Shown: positions 1 through 9,859, counted from the stretch's first letter. The stretch: 64,000 bases of DNA from a candidate division WOR-3 bacterium (GCA_039801225.1 JBDRUH010000002.1:285-64284), one strand, 5' to 3'. The notes: generated by a model from the sequence alone, not told the origin. Program-made: numbers and translations.

Positions 1-58
1 TCTCGGAATTAGGGCAATTTGACTATATATTCTTTATTGTTAAACTAATCAACGAGAT

Positions 59-1363
59 ATGAAACCGATGGGGAAAATAATAATTTACACAGTTGCTCTA
101 TCTATTGCCCATTGGGCTTTTGGTGGGACCACTTATGTAAGTGGATTTCTCAAAAGGAATACAACCTGGGACTCCCGCGGCAGTCCATATGTAATAACCG
201 GAGATGTCTATGTGGATTCTGGGGTCAGTCTATATATTCTGCCCGGAGTGAAGGTTCTATTTACCGGTGGTAAGAAACTGGTGGCGAAAGGTATACTTAC
301 GGCTATCGGCTTTGAGTCTTGCCCGATTATTTTCACCGCTCTTGACACTCTTTCTCCTTGGGAACAACTCCGGTTCATTTCTCCGGTTTCCCCCTGCAGT
401 CTGAAATACTGTGAGGTCTCCTATGCCTGCAATTCAGCAATTAACAATTCAGGCTGGCTCTACATCGGCTACTCCACTCTCAGCAGAAATAGCGGCGTTT
501 TGGGTGGTGCGATATACAACAGTGGGACCGTGCTGATAATCAACAATACGATTACCCAAAATAGCGCTTCTTTTAAGGGCGGTGCCACCTGCAATGAGGG
601 GGGTGCATTTATAATTGGCAATACGATAACCCAGAATAGTGGTTACTGGGGTGGAGGTGTTTATACCAGTGGTGATATAAAATTAACCAACAACAAGATA
701 ACCGGGAATAAGGCGGGATATGGAGGAGGTATCTACATCTACAGCGGGAGCGCAACAATAACTTATAATACGATAACCGGGAATAAGGTTGATTACGGTG
801 GCGGCGGTATATTTAACTCCAAAGGAAGTGTTTCAGTAACTGACAATACAATTATTGACACCACCATATCCACGATATGGAACAATGCCTATATCTATCT
901 TTACCATAATAACCTCAATAACCTCCGATATTGGGGAAACACATTTTTCAACACTACTTCTGATGATGTTACTGCCAGATATAACTACTGGTTTACCCTT
1001 GATACCGAGGTAATCAACCAGAAGATTTACGACTACTGGGATGATTCTACCAAAGGCAAGGTCCTTTACCAGCCCTTCCTCACCGAACCGATAGGGATAG
1101 GTGAGGAAAAGATTCTTCCCTTCCGGGACAATAGTCATTCCATTCTCTCCCTCTATCCAATTCCGGGAAGGTCCTTTTTCCATATTTCCTTTCCACCCGA
1201 CATATACGATATTAAAATATATGACCCATCGGGAAGGATGATAAAAGAGCTCACCCCTTCCCATTTATCAAAGGAGTTGAAGATATCATTGAAGGGTTTC
1301 CGGTCAGGGGTCTACTTTCTAAAAACTAACAAAGGGGTAATAAAGTTCCAGGTGGTGAAATAG
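59..1363 (+). CDS. Secreted parallel beta-helix repeat protein with T9SS C-terminal sorting domain
   Basis: 434-aa ORF with a hydrophobic N-terminal signal-like segment (KIIIYTVALSIAHWAFG). It has about 10 tandem ~22-aa units of the form NNTITQNSA..GGA / NNKITGNKAGYGGGIY, typical of right-handed beta-helices. The last ~80 aa (LSLYPIPGRSFFHISF..IKIYDPSGRMIKEL..GVYFLKTNKGVIKFQVVK) fit the T9SS CTD pattern. Confidence 0.8.
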   Translation: MKPMGKIIIYTVALSIAHWAFGGTTYVSGFLKRNTTWDSRGSPYVITGDVYVDSGVSLYILPGVKVLFTGGKKLVAKGILTAIGFESCPIIFTALDTLSPWEQLRFISPVSPCSLKYCEVSYACNSAINNSGWLYIGYSTLSRNSGVLGGAIYNSGTVLIINNTITQNSASFKGGATCNEGGAFIIGNTITQNSGYWGGGVYTSGDIKLTNNKITGNKAGYGGGIYIYSGSATITYNTITGNKVDYGGGGIFNSKGSVSVTDNTIIDTTISTIWNNAYIYLYHNNLNNLRYWGNTFFNTTSDDVTARYNYWFTLDTEVINQKIYDYWDDSTKGKVLYQPFLTEPIGIGEEKILPFRDNSHSILSLYPIPGRSFFHISFPPDIYDIKIYDPSGRMIKELTPSHLSKELKISLKGFRSGVYFLKTNKGVIKFQVVK

Positions 1364-1602
1364 ATGATAAGCACACTAATTCCAATGAAACCCCGTCCCG
1401 ACAATTCAGCAGAAACCGGATAAACGCTACGCATCTCTGATATGTGCTTTGATATAGGTACAAATCCTCCTTTTTGTTTTAACTAATCCGACCGCTGATG
1501 GTGTTAAACCTCCTTTACCACCAGCACTTCTTCATTTGGCAAATATATTATCTTCATCTCGCTGAGGGCAAACCGGCTGAGTTTGAATGATGTTAAGGGT
1601 TC

Positions 1603-2226
1603 TCATAGATGGCAACAATGGTTCACCGCCCAGGATACTTGATGGGTTGGTTGGGAGTGCACACCCGGTCCAAAATTACACCAAAGGTAATCTATCAGCC
1701 ATTCCAGTTCCCCTCGGACTTTCTGGTTGTGGTGGACACAATAGCCGCGCCTCTGCTTGACAACTACTGGATATAGATGAGGATAGCGGCTCTTGTAATC
1801 AGCCGTGCCTTTTGCTCCCAGATAGCAGAAATCAGGGTATTCACTTAGAAGAACAGCACCGTGTTCAAAGTGAGGACCGACATCGTATTCTAAATCTTTC
1901 TGGGTATTGTGATTGGGAATATTATTTCTGTTTGCTCTCAAAGTAGCTCTACCGTTAACATCTTCATATATACAATCCAGTCTATAAGCGTATTTTGCAC
2001 CCCAGTAGGCATTCCCACACAATTTCTTGGTTACCTTTGCCACATAGATGAGTCTTGCGCCATCCCTATTGGAACTGAATCCTATTACATAGTCACCGCG
2101 CTCAGCCACCGACCGCAACGGCTTGGCACATAATGCAAGCGTCAGAATTTTGCCACCGGTTATACAAGGAGCAAGCCCCGTATCGGCTGTCATTTTGTAG
2201 AAATAAATATTGTTACGCGTTACCAT
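1603..2226 (-). CDS. Nmad2-like protein (putative nucleotide-modification-associated family), distal gene of a coupled pair
   Basis: 207-aa ORF whose ATG overlaps the upstream gene by 14 nt. Motifs are IYFYKMTADTGLAPC, LTLALCAKPLRSVAERGDYVIGFSS, RLIYVAKV, DCIYED and VLLSEYPDFCYLG. From memory these match the Nmad2 family pattern (y.Y.v..D.GfAPnP ... TLA.CKp.iR....GDwv.G). This is not verified by any search. Confidence 0.55.
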   Translation of the reverse strand: MVTRNNIYFYKMTADTGLAPCITGGKILTLALCAKPLRSVAERGDYVIGFSSNRDGARLIYVAKVTKKLCGNAYWGAKYAYRLDCIYEDVNGRATLRANRNNIPNHNTQKDLEYDVGPHFEHGAVLLSEYPDFCYLGAKGTADYKSRYPHLYPVVVKQRRGYCVHHNQKVRGELEWLIDYLWCNFGPGVHSQPTHQVSWAVNHCCHL

Positions 2227-2953
2227 CTAAGTTGTTCCTTTTTACCAGTTCGGGGGTTTGCCTGTTAAACCAGTGAAGAAACCGCTCCGGTTTTGTAAAA
2301 GCCGGTAAAACGGCGCTGCGTTGAATGTAGCCGTTATTAACACTGAGTCCACCCCATTCTTCAAGAATATCTGGGCAAACGCGATATGCCCTGTTCCTCC
2401 ACCCTCCAATTGGTATGCAGCGCCGCAATCTGCCAGAATATTGGTGTTGAGCCCGCACCACAATTTCATTTGCTTCGGGTAAGGGCTCTCGTCTGGTATG
2501 AGCATTTTTCCCCCAGTGCTCTTCGGGTATTTTTTCTGCCGGCACAATTTCATCAATAACAAAAAAGCCTATCAGAGCATACACCAGACCGTGATCTTTA
2601 GGATTTATTGATTTTAGCCCAGCATAAAAGGCTAAGAAATCTCCCCGGCTTAGTTGCATAATTTGACTGCCCTTTCTTCTCCCATCCCCATAGGTCAAAT
2701 GTTCAAAATCAGGGTCAAGATGCATATATCTATTTTCCAAATGATTTGGTAGAGCTACCTCTATTTTTCTCAATGCTGTAATGAGTTCCGTGTATTCATT
2801 ATACATTTGAGCATAACCTGATCTAAGCCTGCATTCATCTTGGGTATCTTCAGGCACTGGAACATATACAAACTCATTCGTATCCCGGTTGACAGGGCTA
2901 TTCCACTTTCCGTCCGTTATGTCAATACCTACTCGGACAAGCAAACCTGCCAT
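2213..2953 (-). CDS. Nmad3-like protein (putative nucleotide-modification-associated family), proximal gene of a coupled pair
   Basis: The track ORF starts at a GTG (2968), but an ATG at 2953 is preceded by AAAGGAG with 6-nt spacing. Motifs are LLVRVGIDITDGKWNSPV..EFVYVPVPE, HLDPDFEHLTYGD and GDFLAFYAGL..LVYALIGFFVIDEI. From memory these resemble the Nmad3 pattern. This is not verified. Confidence 0.55.
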   Translation of the reverse strand: MAGLLVRVGIDITDGKWNSPVNRDTNEFVYVPVPEDTQDECRLRSGYAQMYNEYTELITALRKIEVALPNHLENRYMHLDPDFEHLTYGDGRRKGSQIMQLSRGDFLAFYAGLKSINPKDHGLVYALIGFFVIDEIVPAEKIPEEHWGKNAHTRREPLPEANEIVVRAQHQYSGRLRRCIPIGGWRNRAYRVCPDILEEWGGLSVNNGYIQRSAVLPAFTKPERFLHWFNRQTPELVKRNNLDGNA

Positions 2954-3025
2954 ATTATCTCCTTTCACTAAGCGTGGTGGTTAAATTATTTATAGAACCT
3001 TTTATTAACATTTTTCATACAGGTT

Positions 3026-3053
3026 ATATTATGCCGACATAGGTTAAAGTCAA
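3026..3053 (-). promoter_or_regulatory. Sigma-70-type promoter for the Nmad-like cassette
   Basis: The minus strand reads TTGACT, a 16-nt spacer, then TAATAT, about 70 nt upstream of the ATG at 2953. The -35 element lies at the edge of a repeat shared with the TA module. Confidence 0.45.
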
Positions 3054-3243
3054 TGTATAATTCAAATACATCTGCGACATATTGGGTTTTTCCCCAGCAA
3101 ATAATTAGGAGAAATTCATAAATTATCCCTATGAAGGGATTGCTTCGCTAACGCTCGCAATGACAGCGGGTGATGACGGATGGCGATGGGGTCCCAACGA
3201 TAAAAATACAAAAAGCAGGCTAAAGCCTTGCCCGACATATAGC
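3049..3243. repeat. Composite intergenic repeat, copy 1 (promoter module + GATTGCTTCGC..CTCGCAATGAC motif + GCAGGCTAAAGCCTTGCCCGAC hairpin)
   Basis: This copy aligns block by block with 4072..4195, and copy 1 carries two extra insertions (about 3101-3133 and 3161-3202). The 3049..3098 block also recurs at 49508..49558. Confidence 0.8.
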
Positions 3244-3450
3244 CACGAATTTTACTGAAGACCCGGCGAATTTCCCCATCAAACCTCGGTATTGCCAATT
3301 TCGTATAGATATCTTAAATTTTTAGAGGGCAAGGAATTTGAAGCCCCTTAGGCAATTTTGCCTTTTTGGCATAATGATGTTGCCGCCGCAATAAGAAAAT
3401 TATATAAGGGGCGGAATGTTATTTAACCCTTTTCAGCGGTGTGGGATTGA

Positions 3451-3807
3451 TTAGCCACCGCGGACCCGCAACTGGTTTTCATCAACAACCCAGAGCCGGT
3501 TAGTTAATGGCTCACGCCCGAAGTGGGTAATAATTCGTTTGAGCAGGTTGATAACAGTTTCCTTATCCTGCCGGTTGGCACGCAAGATAATAATCCCTGG
3601 AGATTCCCGTGGAGGATAGGCAAGGATGTTGGCATAACCAAGGTCAAGTGTTATGAGAATTCGCCCTTCGCTCTGGCATTGATTGTAAAGGGTTGCATCA
3701 CTCACACCAACAAGATTTTGCTCTTTTACCGTTTGAGTATCGTAGCCAGCCAAACTCAAGAGTTGAGCCGACTCTTGCGGTAGGTTTTCGTCAATTTTGA
3801 ACTTCAC
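3451..3807 (-). CDS. DUF5615-type PIN-like (Mut7-C-like) putative toxin
   Basis: 118-aa ORF starting MKFKIDENLP...ITLDLGYANI..GIIILR, which is the DUF5615 pattern. It lies 13 nt downstream of a DUF433 gene, the classic pairing. Confidence 0.7.
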   Translation of the reverse strand: MKFKIDENLPQESAQLLSLAGYDTQTVKEQNLVGVSDATLYNQCQSEGRILITLDLGYANILAYPPRESPGIIILRANRQDKETVINLLKRIITHFGREPLTNRLWVVDENQLRVRGG

Positions 3808-3820
3808 CGGTCAGTTGATT

Positions 3821-4195
<375 letters not shown>

Positions 4196-4255
4196 GGGAT
4201 TTTGGATAAGTTTTGACTTATGCTCCATTGTAATATAATTCATATCGTCCTTGAT

Positions 4256-5425
4256 ATGAAGAAGTTTGTATTATTATTTCTTCCGCCCTTTTTATTGTTG
4301 TATCCCCAGCCCTTTCAGCACAGGATTCTTATCGCCACCTCAACCGATGGTCTTAATTTTGTCCGGCAGAACATTATCGCGGTTGATTCCGGGGATGTGC
4401 CCGATGCGGTCGTTGGTCCTGATTCTGAGGTCTATTTATATTTTCAGGGATTATGGACCCATACCACCGACGGCATTATGCTCGGTAAATCGCCGGATGG
4501 ATTTAATAACTGGCAGTTCTATCAGGTTCATATCCCGGGAACAGAAAGTTGGCCCGGCAAACCCTGTGACCCGGATATTATCCTGAGAAATGACACATTC
4601 CGATTGTATTTTACTGGTGACCCGTATAATGACCGGCAGCCGGAAACTTATTCGGCAATCTCGCTTGATGGAATAAATTTCACCCTGGAATCGGGAGTGC
4701 GGTTTGCAGTTTCTAAGAGCGCGGTACTTGACCCGAGTCTGTTATGGACCGGTGATACCCTGCAGTATTTTGCCGGCGGTGCACCACCATTCTATAACTG
4801 GCATGCCCATTCCTATGACGGAATAAACTTTATTCAACAGCCCAATTATTTTGCCGAGAGCCTGATGCTCGCCAACGGTATCAAGTTAGCCAATGGCTAT
4901 CGGTTCTTCGGTTTCAGAAATTTGCCGCCGTGTGGAATTCGTTCGCTATACTCCCCGGATGGAGAAAACTGGACGGTTGAACCGGGCTATCGGCTAAAAC
5001 TTGACACCACCAGCAGACTGGAAAGCCTTATTGTCAAGGACCCGGCAGTTGTCTATAAGGATAGCATCTTCATTATGTATTATGTAACAAGAAAACCCCT
5101 CAGCGGTATTGAAGAAAATGGGCTTTTAAAAGATGATAAAATAGATTTGGAAATTTTCCCCAATCCCTGCCGGAATGGGCTGGGAATAGGCTTGAACTCA
5201 GGATATATCAGGGGAAAGAAGGGGCTTTTTAGAATCTCAATAAAGATTTTTGACATTACGGGTTCGCCTGTCCGGAAATGGGAGAATATTTTGGTAAGTG
5301 AACGGGAGAAAATCTTCTGGTATGGTGATAATGAATTGGGCGTGCCGGTCAATCCGGGTATTTATTTTGTCTGTTTTGAAGATAATCTGATAAGAAAAAG
5401 AATAAAGGTAATATTGATTGAATAA
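4256..5425 (+). CDS. Secreted five-bladed beta-propeller (GH43/32-like fold) protein with T9SS C-terminal domain
   Basis: A signal peptide starts at MKKFVLLFLPPFLLL (ATG 4256, whereas the track ORF begins at 4220). Blade motifs recur (S.DG.NF/W, then DP..v). The C-terminus LEIFPNPCRNGL..IKIFDITGSPVRKW..GIYFVCFEDNLIRKRIKVILIE is T9SS-CTD-like. Confidence 0.7.
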   Translation: MKKFVLLFLPPFLLLYPQPFQHRILIATSTDGLNFVRQNIIAVDSGDVPDAVVGPDSEVYLYFQGLWTHTTDGIMLGKSPDGFNNWQFYQVHIPGTESWPGKPCDPDIILRNDTFRLYFTGDPYNDRQPETYSAISLDGINFTLESGVRFAVSKSAVLDPSLLWTGDTLQYFAGGAPPFYNWHAHSYDGINFIQQPNYFAESLMLANGIKLANGYRFFGFRNLPPCGIRSLYSPDGENWTVEPGYRLKLDTTSRLESLIVKDPAVVYKDSIFIMYYVTRKPLSGIEENGLLKDDKIDLEIFPNPCRNGLGIGLNSGYIRGKKGLFRISIKIFDITGSPVRKWENILVSEREKIFWYGDNELGVPVNPGIYFVCFEDNLIRKRIKVILIE

Positions 5426-5905
5426 ACTTAGGATTAAAAAGCCCTGCCAATTCTGAAAAGGTCTTCCAAAAGAATGAATGGTTGGATGTTAACAAAGGAA
5501 AATGGGCGTTTTGGTGGTTCTTTCAGTTAAGTCTCAGTTTTTTGATGACTTATTAAACTGACCGCCATAAAGTCCGCCACCCCGGTAGTGCTCCACTCCA
5601 CCACCTCCTCTCCTGCCCCGTTTTTCGCTGTTTTTATTGAGTCGGTTGATGGTTTTGGCTTTTCTTCTCTCTTTAAAGTGGTAAAAGTACCGTTTTTAGC
5701 ACTGCTGCTGGCTTTTTATGTAATGATAAGTTTAAATTTGATGGTGATTAGTTATTGAATTACAGTTGCCCGATCGCAGTTAAACCCGGTTTTTGGGTTT
5801 TCAGTTGGACTTTGGTTAAGAGAGACTTCTAAAAACCGACTTCAGATTGATGGTGGATTCAACAGGGTTAAATCTCGGGCTTTTTGTTTTTTATTTTGTA
5901 AAATG

Positions 5906-5933
5906 TTGACGAGTATGTTTATGCCGGTATCAT
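5906..5933 (+). promoter_or_regulatory. Candidate promoter of the tRNA-tuf operon
   Basis: TTGACG, a 16-nt spacer, then TATCAT, ending 14 nt before the first tRNA. Confidence 0.4.
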
Positions 5934-5947
5934 ATCCCACCGGTTCT

Positions 5948-6020
5948 GCCGACATAGCTCAGCCGGTAGAGCAGAGGTTTTGTAAACCTCAGGTCGGGGG
6001 TTCGACTCCCTCTGTCGGCT
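5948..6020 (+). tRNA. tRNA-Thr (anticodon TGT)
   Basis: A cloverleaf folds by hand: acceptor GCCGACA/TGTCGGC, anticodon loop TTTGTAA, T-loop TTCGACT. Confidence 0.9.
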
Positions 6021-6030
6021 TGAGTTTGAC

Positions 6031-6113
6031 GGACGGGTTCCCGAGTGGTTAAAGGGGGCAGACTGTAAATCTGCTGGCGAACGCCTACGGAGGTTCGAAT
6101 CCTTCCCCGTCCA
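6031..6113 (+). tRNA. tRNA-Tyr (anticodon GTA)
   Basis: Acceptor GGACGGG/CCCGTCC, anticodon loop CTGTAAA, a long variable arm and T-loop TTCGAAT. Confidence 0.9.
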
Positions 6114-6151
6114 TTTAATTTCAGTAATAGCGCCGACTGGTAAACGGAAAA

Positions 6152-6222
6152 GCGGGCGTGGTGTAGCGGTAGCACAACAGCCTTCCAAGCTGTTTGCGTG
6201 GGTTCAATTCCCATCGCCCGCT
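6152..6222 (+). tRNA. tRNA-Gly (anticodon TCC)
   Basis: Acceptor GCGGGCG/CGCCCGC, anticodon loop CTTCCAA and T-loop TTCAATT. Confidence 0.9.
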
Positions 6223-6245
6223 GAAATTTGAAACTAAGGAGATTG

Positions 6246-6274
6246 TTGACAGGGGAATAATTTTAATTTATAAT
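6246..6274 (+). promoter_or_regulatory. Perfect-consensus sigma-70 promoter internal to the tRNA cluster
   Basis: TTGACA, a 17-nt spacer, then TATAAT, ending 18 nt upstream of tRNA-Thr(GGT). Confidence 0.55.
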
Positions 6275-6292
6275 ACTAGAACGCTAAAATTT

Positions 6293-6365
<73 letters not shown>

Positions 6366-6501
6366 GAGGTTTTATGATTATTGGACTTTTAGATCGCCAT
6401 CCGCTCTCCGTCCGAGAAGGCGAGGTATACTTAATCGCCTCTCTAATTAAGTAAAAAAACGGAGTCGGCGGATAAAGGAGTGAATTAAAGGAGGAATGTA
6501 A

Positions 6502-7704
6502 ATGGCAAAGGCAAAATTTGAACGAACAAAGCCGCATGTTAATGTCGGAACCATCGGTCATGTTGACCACGGTAAAACCTGTTTAACTTCGGCTATTACT
6601 AAGGTGTTATCAAAAAAGGGTCTCGCCACCTATATGACCTATGACCAGGTGGCAAAGGCAAGTGAGGCTCATGGTCGTAGAGACGAAACGAAGATTCTCA
6701 CTATTGCGGTATCGCATGTAGAATACCAGAGTGAGAAAAGGCATTATGCCCATATTGACTGCCCAGGACACGCCGACTATATCAAGAATATGATTACCGG
6801 CGCTGCCCAGATGGATGGCGCAATTCTGGTCGTTTCCGCGGCCGATGGACCAATGCCGCAGACCACCGAACATGTGTTACTGGCACGCCAGGTGAATGTG
6901 CCGGCAATTGTCGTGTATCTGAATAAAATTGACCTGGTGGAGGACCCGGACCTGATTGAACTGGTAGAGGAGGAAATCAGAGATATTCTTAACAAATACG
7001 AGTTTCCCGGCGATAAGACACCAATTATTCGGGGTAGCGCCTTGAAGGCACTGCAGGAGGAGTCCGGACCTAATGTGGACTCAATCTGGGAGCTGATTAA
7101 GGCGCTGGATGAGTTCATTCCCGAACCGGTTCGGGATATTGATAAGCCGTTTCTTATGCCCATTGAGGATATCTTCTCCATTACCGGGCGCGGCACGGTT
7201 GTAACCGGTAGGGTGGAACGGGGAATTCTGAAACCGGGCAGCGAGGTGGAAATCGTTGGCTTCGGCAAGCACGATAAGGTGGTGGTAACCAGTATTGAGA
7301 TGTTTCGTAAGGTTCTGGATGACGCCCGAGCCGGTGACAATGTCGGGCTCTTATTGCGCGGCGTTGGTAAGGAGGAGGTGGAAAGAGGTATGGTCGTTGC
7401 CGCCCCTGGTTCTATCAGACCCTATAAGAAGTTTAAGGCCGAAGTTTATGTCCTCACTAAGGAGGAGGGTGGACGCCATACGCCGTTCTTCCCTGGCTAT
7501 CGTCCGCAGTTTTATATCCGGACCACCGATGTTACCGGAACCGTGCAGTTGCCCCAGGGTGTGGAGATGGTGATGCCCGGCGACCATGTTACAATGGAGA
7601 TTGAGTTGATCACCCCGGTAGCGCTGGAGCAAAATTCTAAGTTCGCCATCCGCGAGGGCGGCAGAACTGTCGGCGCCGGAACAGTCGTAGAAATAATTGA
7701 GTGA
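6502..7704 (+). CDS. tuf: Elongation factor Tu
   Basis: 400 aa with [16 protein letters not shown] and NKID G-motifs. AAGGAGG lies upstream of the ATG. Confidence 0.98.
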   Translation: MAKAKFERTKPHVNVGTIGHVDHGKTCLTSAITKVLSKKGLATYMTYDQVAKASEAHGRRDETKILTIAVSHVEYQSEKRHYAHIDCPGHADYIKNMITGAAQMDGAILVVSAADGPMPQTTEHVLLARQVNVPAIVVYLNKIDLVEDPDLIELVEEEIRDILNKYEFPGDKTPIIRGSALKALQEESGPNVDSIWELIKALDEFIPEPVRDIDKPFLMPIEDIFSITGRGTVVTGRVERGILKPGSEVEIVGFGKHDKVVVTSIEMFRKVLDDARAGDNVGLLLRGVGKEEVERGMVVAAPGSIRPYKKFKAEVYVLTKEEGGRHTPFFPGYRPQFYIRTTDVTGTVQLPQGVEMVMPGDHVTMEIELITPVALEQNSKFAIREGGRTVGAGTVVEIIE

Positions 7705-7708
7705 GCCG

Positions 7709-7855
7709 ATGCGAACACTTATCACATTAGCCTGTGCCGAGTGCAAAAACCGGAATTATCATACCGATAAGAATAAGAAGAAGACCCAAAGGCTGGAACT
7801 GAAGAAGTTCTGCCCAGCCTGCCGGAGACATACAGTTCATAAGGAGGTTAAATAG
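7709..7855 (+). CDS. rpmG: 50S ribosomal protein L33
   Basis: I translated this 48-aa ORF by hand because it is below the track cutoff: [48 protein letters not shown]. It has the CxxC...CxxC zinc ribbon and the conserved position between tuf and secE. Confidence 0.85.
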   Translation: MRTLITLACAECKNRNYHTDKNKKKTQRLELKKFCPACRRHTVHKEVK

Positions 7856-7926
7856 GCCAGTAGCTCTAACGGTAGAGCGGCGGACTCCAAATCCGTAGGG
7901 TGGGGGTTCAAATCCCTCCTGGCCTG
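7854..7926 (+). tRNA. tRNA-Trp (anticodon CCA)
   Basis: Acceptor AGGCCAG/CTGGCCT and anticodon loop CTCCAAA. The 5' end overlaps the rpmG TAG stop by 2 nt. Confidence 0.88.
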
Positions 7927-7935
7927 CTGAAATAA

Positions 7936-8127
7936 ATGCATTTTTTTAAGAGGGTTAAAGAGTATTTGCAGGATGTAATTAGTGAGATGAAAAAGGTCTC
8001 CTGGGTGAAGCCCAAGGAGTTGTGGACTACTACATTGGTCGTAATTGTCTTCTCCACTTTAATCGCTTTGTTCATCGGGATATGGGATTTTATTTTTTCC
8101 CGAATTCTAACTTTGATTCTTAAATGA
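7936..8127 (+). CDS. secE: Preprotein translocase subunit SecE
   Basis: 63 aa with KEYLQDVISEMKKVSWVKPKEL followed by a single TM helix. It sits just upstream of nusG. Confidence 0.9.
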   Translation: MHFFKRVKEYLQDVISEMKKVSWVKPKELWTTTLVVIVFSTLIALFIGIWDFIFSRILTLILK

Positions 8128-8651
8128 TGAAGTTTTTCGTCATTCATACCTATACCGGACGGGAGCGAAAGGTTAAAGAACTCCTGGAGAAGGCAATTGA
8201 GGCAAAGGGTCTTAAGGAGTTATTTGGACGGGTAATCGTTCCGGCGGAAAAGGTCACAAAGGTGCGAAAATCAAAACTTGTGGCTGAGGAACGGCGGCTG
8301 TATCCCGGTTACATCGTCGTGGAGATGGAACCTACCGAGGAGGCGTTGAAGCTGGTTACCTCCATCCCCGGCGTCACTCATATGTTAGGCACCAAAAAGG
8401 AACCGGTGGCTTTGTCAGAAGAGGAAGTGGCAGCAATGTGGGAGCAGATTGAACAGGGGAAGGAGAAGATTACCCCTGAGGCACCATTTGAAAAGGGAGA
8501 AACGGTAAAAGTAACCAAGGGACCTTTTGCCGGATTTGCCGGAACGGTTGAGGAGGTTATACCTGAACGACAAAGGGTGAAGGTGATGGTGACAATATTC
8601 GGTCGTCCGACGCCAATTGACCTGGACTTTTTTGAAGTGCAACCGATTTAG
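8124..8651 (+). CDS. nusG: Transcription termination/antitermination factor NusG
   Basis: 175 aa with an NGN domain start ([15 protein letters not shown]) and a C-terminal KOW motif ([21 protein letters not shown]). An ATGA overlap joins it to secE. Confidence 0.95.
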   Translation: MMKFFVIHTYTGRERKVKELLEKAIEAKGLKELFGRVIVPAEKVTKVRKSKLVAEERRLYPGYIVVEMEPTEEALKLVTSIPGVTHMLGTKKEPVALSEEEVAAMWEQIEQGKEKITPEAPFEKGETVKVTKGPFAGFAGTVEEVIPERQRVKVMVTIFGRPTPIDLDFFEVQPI

Positions 8652-8659
8652 GAGGCTTT

Positions 8660-9091
8660 ATGGCGAAGAAGGTTTTAGCAATAGTGAAGTTGCAAATTCC
8701 TGCCGGTCAGGCAACACCGGCGCCGCCGGTTGGTCCGGCTTTAGGTCAGCACGGTGTAAACATCTCAGAATTTATTAAGGCTTTTAATGACGCAACCCGC
8801 AAGGAACCACCCGGTATGCTTATCCCGGTAATTGTAACCATTTACAGCGATAGAAAGTTTACCTTTGTGACCAAGAGCCCACCGGCTTCGGTTCTCTTGA
8901 AACAGGCGGCCGGTCTGGCAAAGGGCTCAGGGGAACCGAACCGGGTAAAGGTCGGTGTGGTGAGTAAAACGGCATTGAAGGAAATCGCCTTGAAGAAAAT
9001 TAAGGACCTTAATACCGAAGATTTAACCGCAGCAGTCCGAATTATTGAAGGGACCGCCCGCTCTATGGGACTGACGGTGGAGGAGAAATGA
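8660..9091 (+). CDS. rplK: 50S ribosomal protein L11
   Basis: [26 protein letters not shown] signature. Confidence 0.97.
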   Translation: MAKKVLAIVKLQIPAGQATPAPPVGPALGQHGVNISEFIKAFNDATRKEPPGMLIPVIVTIYSDRKFTFVTKSPPASVLLKQAAGLAKGSGEPNRVKVGVVSKTALKEIALKKIKDLNTEDLTAAVRIIEGTARSMGLTVEEK

Positions 9092-9798
9092 GACGGAGTA
9101 AACGGTATAATCTTTTAAAAGAGAAGGTGGCTACCAACCGGTTGTGGTCATTACCAGAAGCGGTGCGTCTGGTCAAAGAAACCGCCACCGCCAAGTTTCC
9201 CGAGTCGGTTGAGATCGCGGTGCGGTTAGGAATTGACCCGAAAAAGCAGGACCAGTTGGTTTCCGGAACGGTGACGCTACCGCACGGCAGTGGTAAAAAT
9301 GTCCGGGTTCTGGCATTTGCTAAGGGCGATAAGGTGAACGAGGCACAAGCCGCCGGCGCCGATTATGTCGGGCTTGAGGATTTAATTGAGAAGATCAGCA
9401 CCGGCTGGACCGATTTTGATGTCGCCGTCGCCACACCGGATACAATGTCACTGGTAGGAAGGCTGGGGAAAATCCTTGGACCAAGGGGATTGATGCCCTC
9501 ACCTAAAACCCAGACGGTAACTTTTGAAATCGGTGCGGCGATCAAGGCGTTGAAGGGTGGAAGAATTAATTATCGCTCCGATAAAACCGGGAATGTCCAT
9601 GCAATAGTGGGTAAGGTTACTTTTGGTGAAAAGGAGTTGATAGAAAACATTCGCACCTTTATCGGTGAGCTGGCAAGGAATAAACCAGCAACGGCAAAGG
9701 GTCAGTTTATCCGCAAGGTGGTTATTTCATCAACCATGGGCGTCGGAGTGCGCGTTGACCCCAAGGAGTTTACCGAAACAAGAAAGCAAGAGGGGTAG
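9088..9798 (+). CDS. rplA: 50S ribosomal protein L1
   Basis: Motifs [26 protein letters not shown] and [10 protein letters not shown]. An ATGA overlap joins it to rplK. Confidence 0.97.
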   Translation: MRRSKRYNLLKEKVATNRLWSLPEAVRLVKETATAKFPESVEIAVRLGIDPKKQDQLVSGTVTLPHGSGKNVRVLAFAKGDKVNEAQAAGADYVGLEDLIEKISTGWTDFDVAVATPDTMSLVGRLGKILGPRGLMPSPKTQTVTFEIGAAIKALKGGRINYRSDKTGNVHAIVGKVTFGEKELIENIRTFIGELARNKPATAKGQFIRKVVISSTMGVGVRVDPKEFTETRKQEG

Positions 9799-9859
9799 CT
9801 GGTGAGTTGCTATGAGTGTTATAAATTTAAGGAGAGTAGGACACAAAGGCAGGAGAACG

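Noticed and set aside
1364-1602. A possible third small gene downstream of the Nmad-like pair, because two AAGGAGG strings occur on the minus strand
   Set aside because: No ATG or GTG start lies at a suitable distance. The only small ORF (about 40 aa, from an ATG at about 1433 reading leftward) runs antisense into the 3' end of gene 59..1363.
3116-3298. 60-aa minus-strand ORF ending ..HHPLSLRALAKQSLHRDNL
   Set aside because: It is a translation of the GATTGCTTCGC..CTCGCAATGAC repeat and hairpin. The same peptide-like strings arise wherever the repeat occurs (49282..49488, 61600..61782), which indicates spurious repeat-derived ORFs.
5919-6214. 89-aa and 94-aa minus-strand ORFs, plus 6304..6570
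   Set aside because: They run straight through four tRNA genes, so the open frames are accidental.
6777-7340. 187-aa minus-strand ORF inside tuf (also 6610..6873, 7351..7746 and 7512..7718)
   Set aside because: These ORFs are antisense or shadow frames of EF-Tu and are low-complexity with no independent support.
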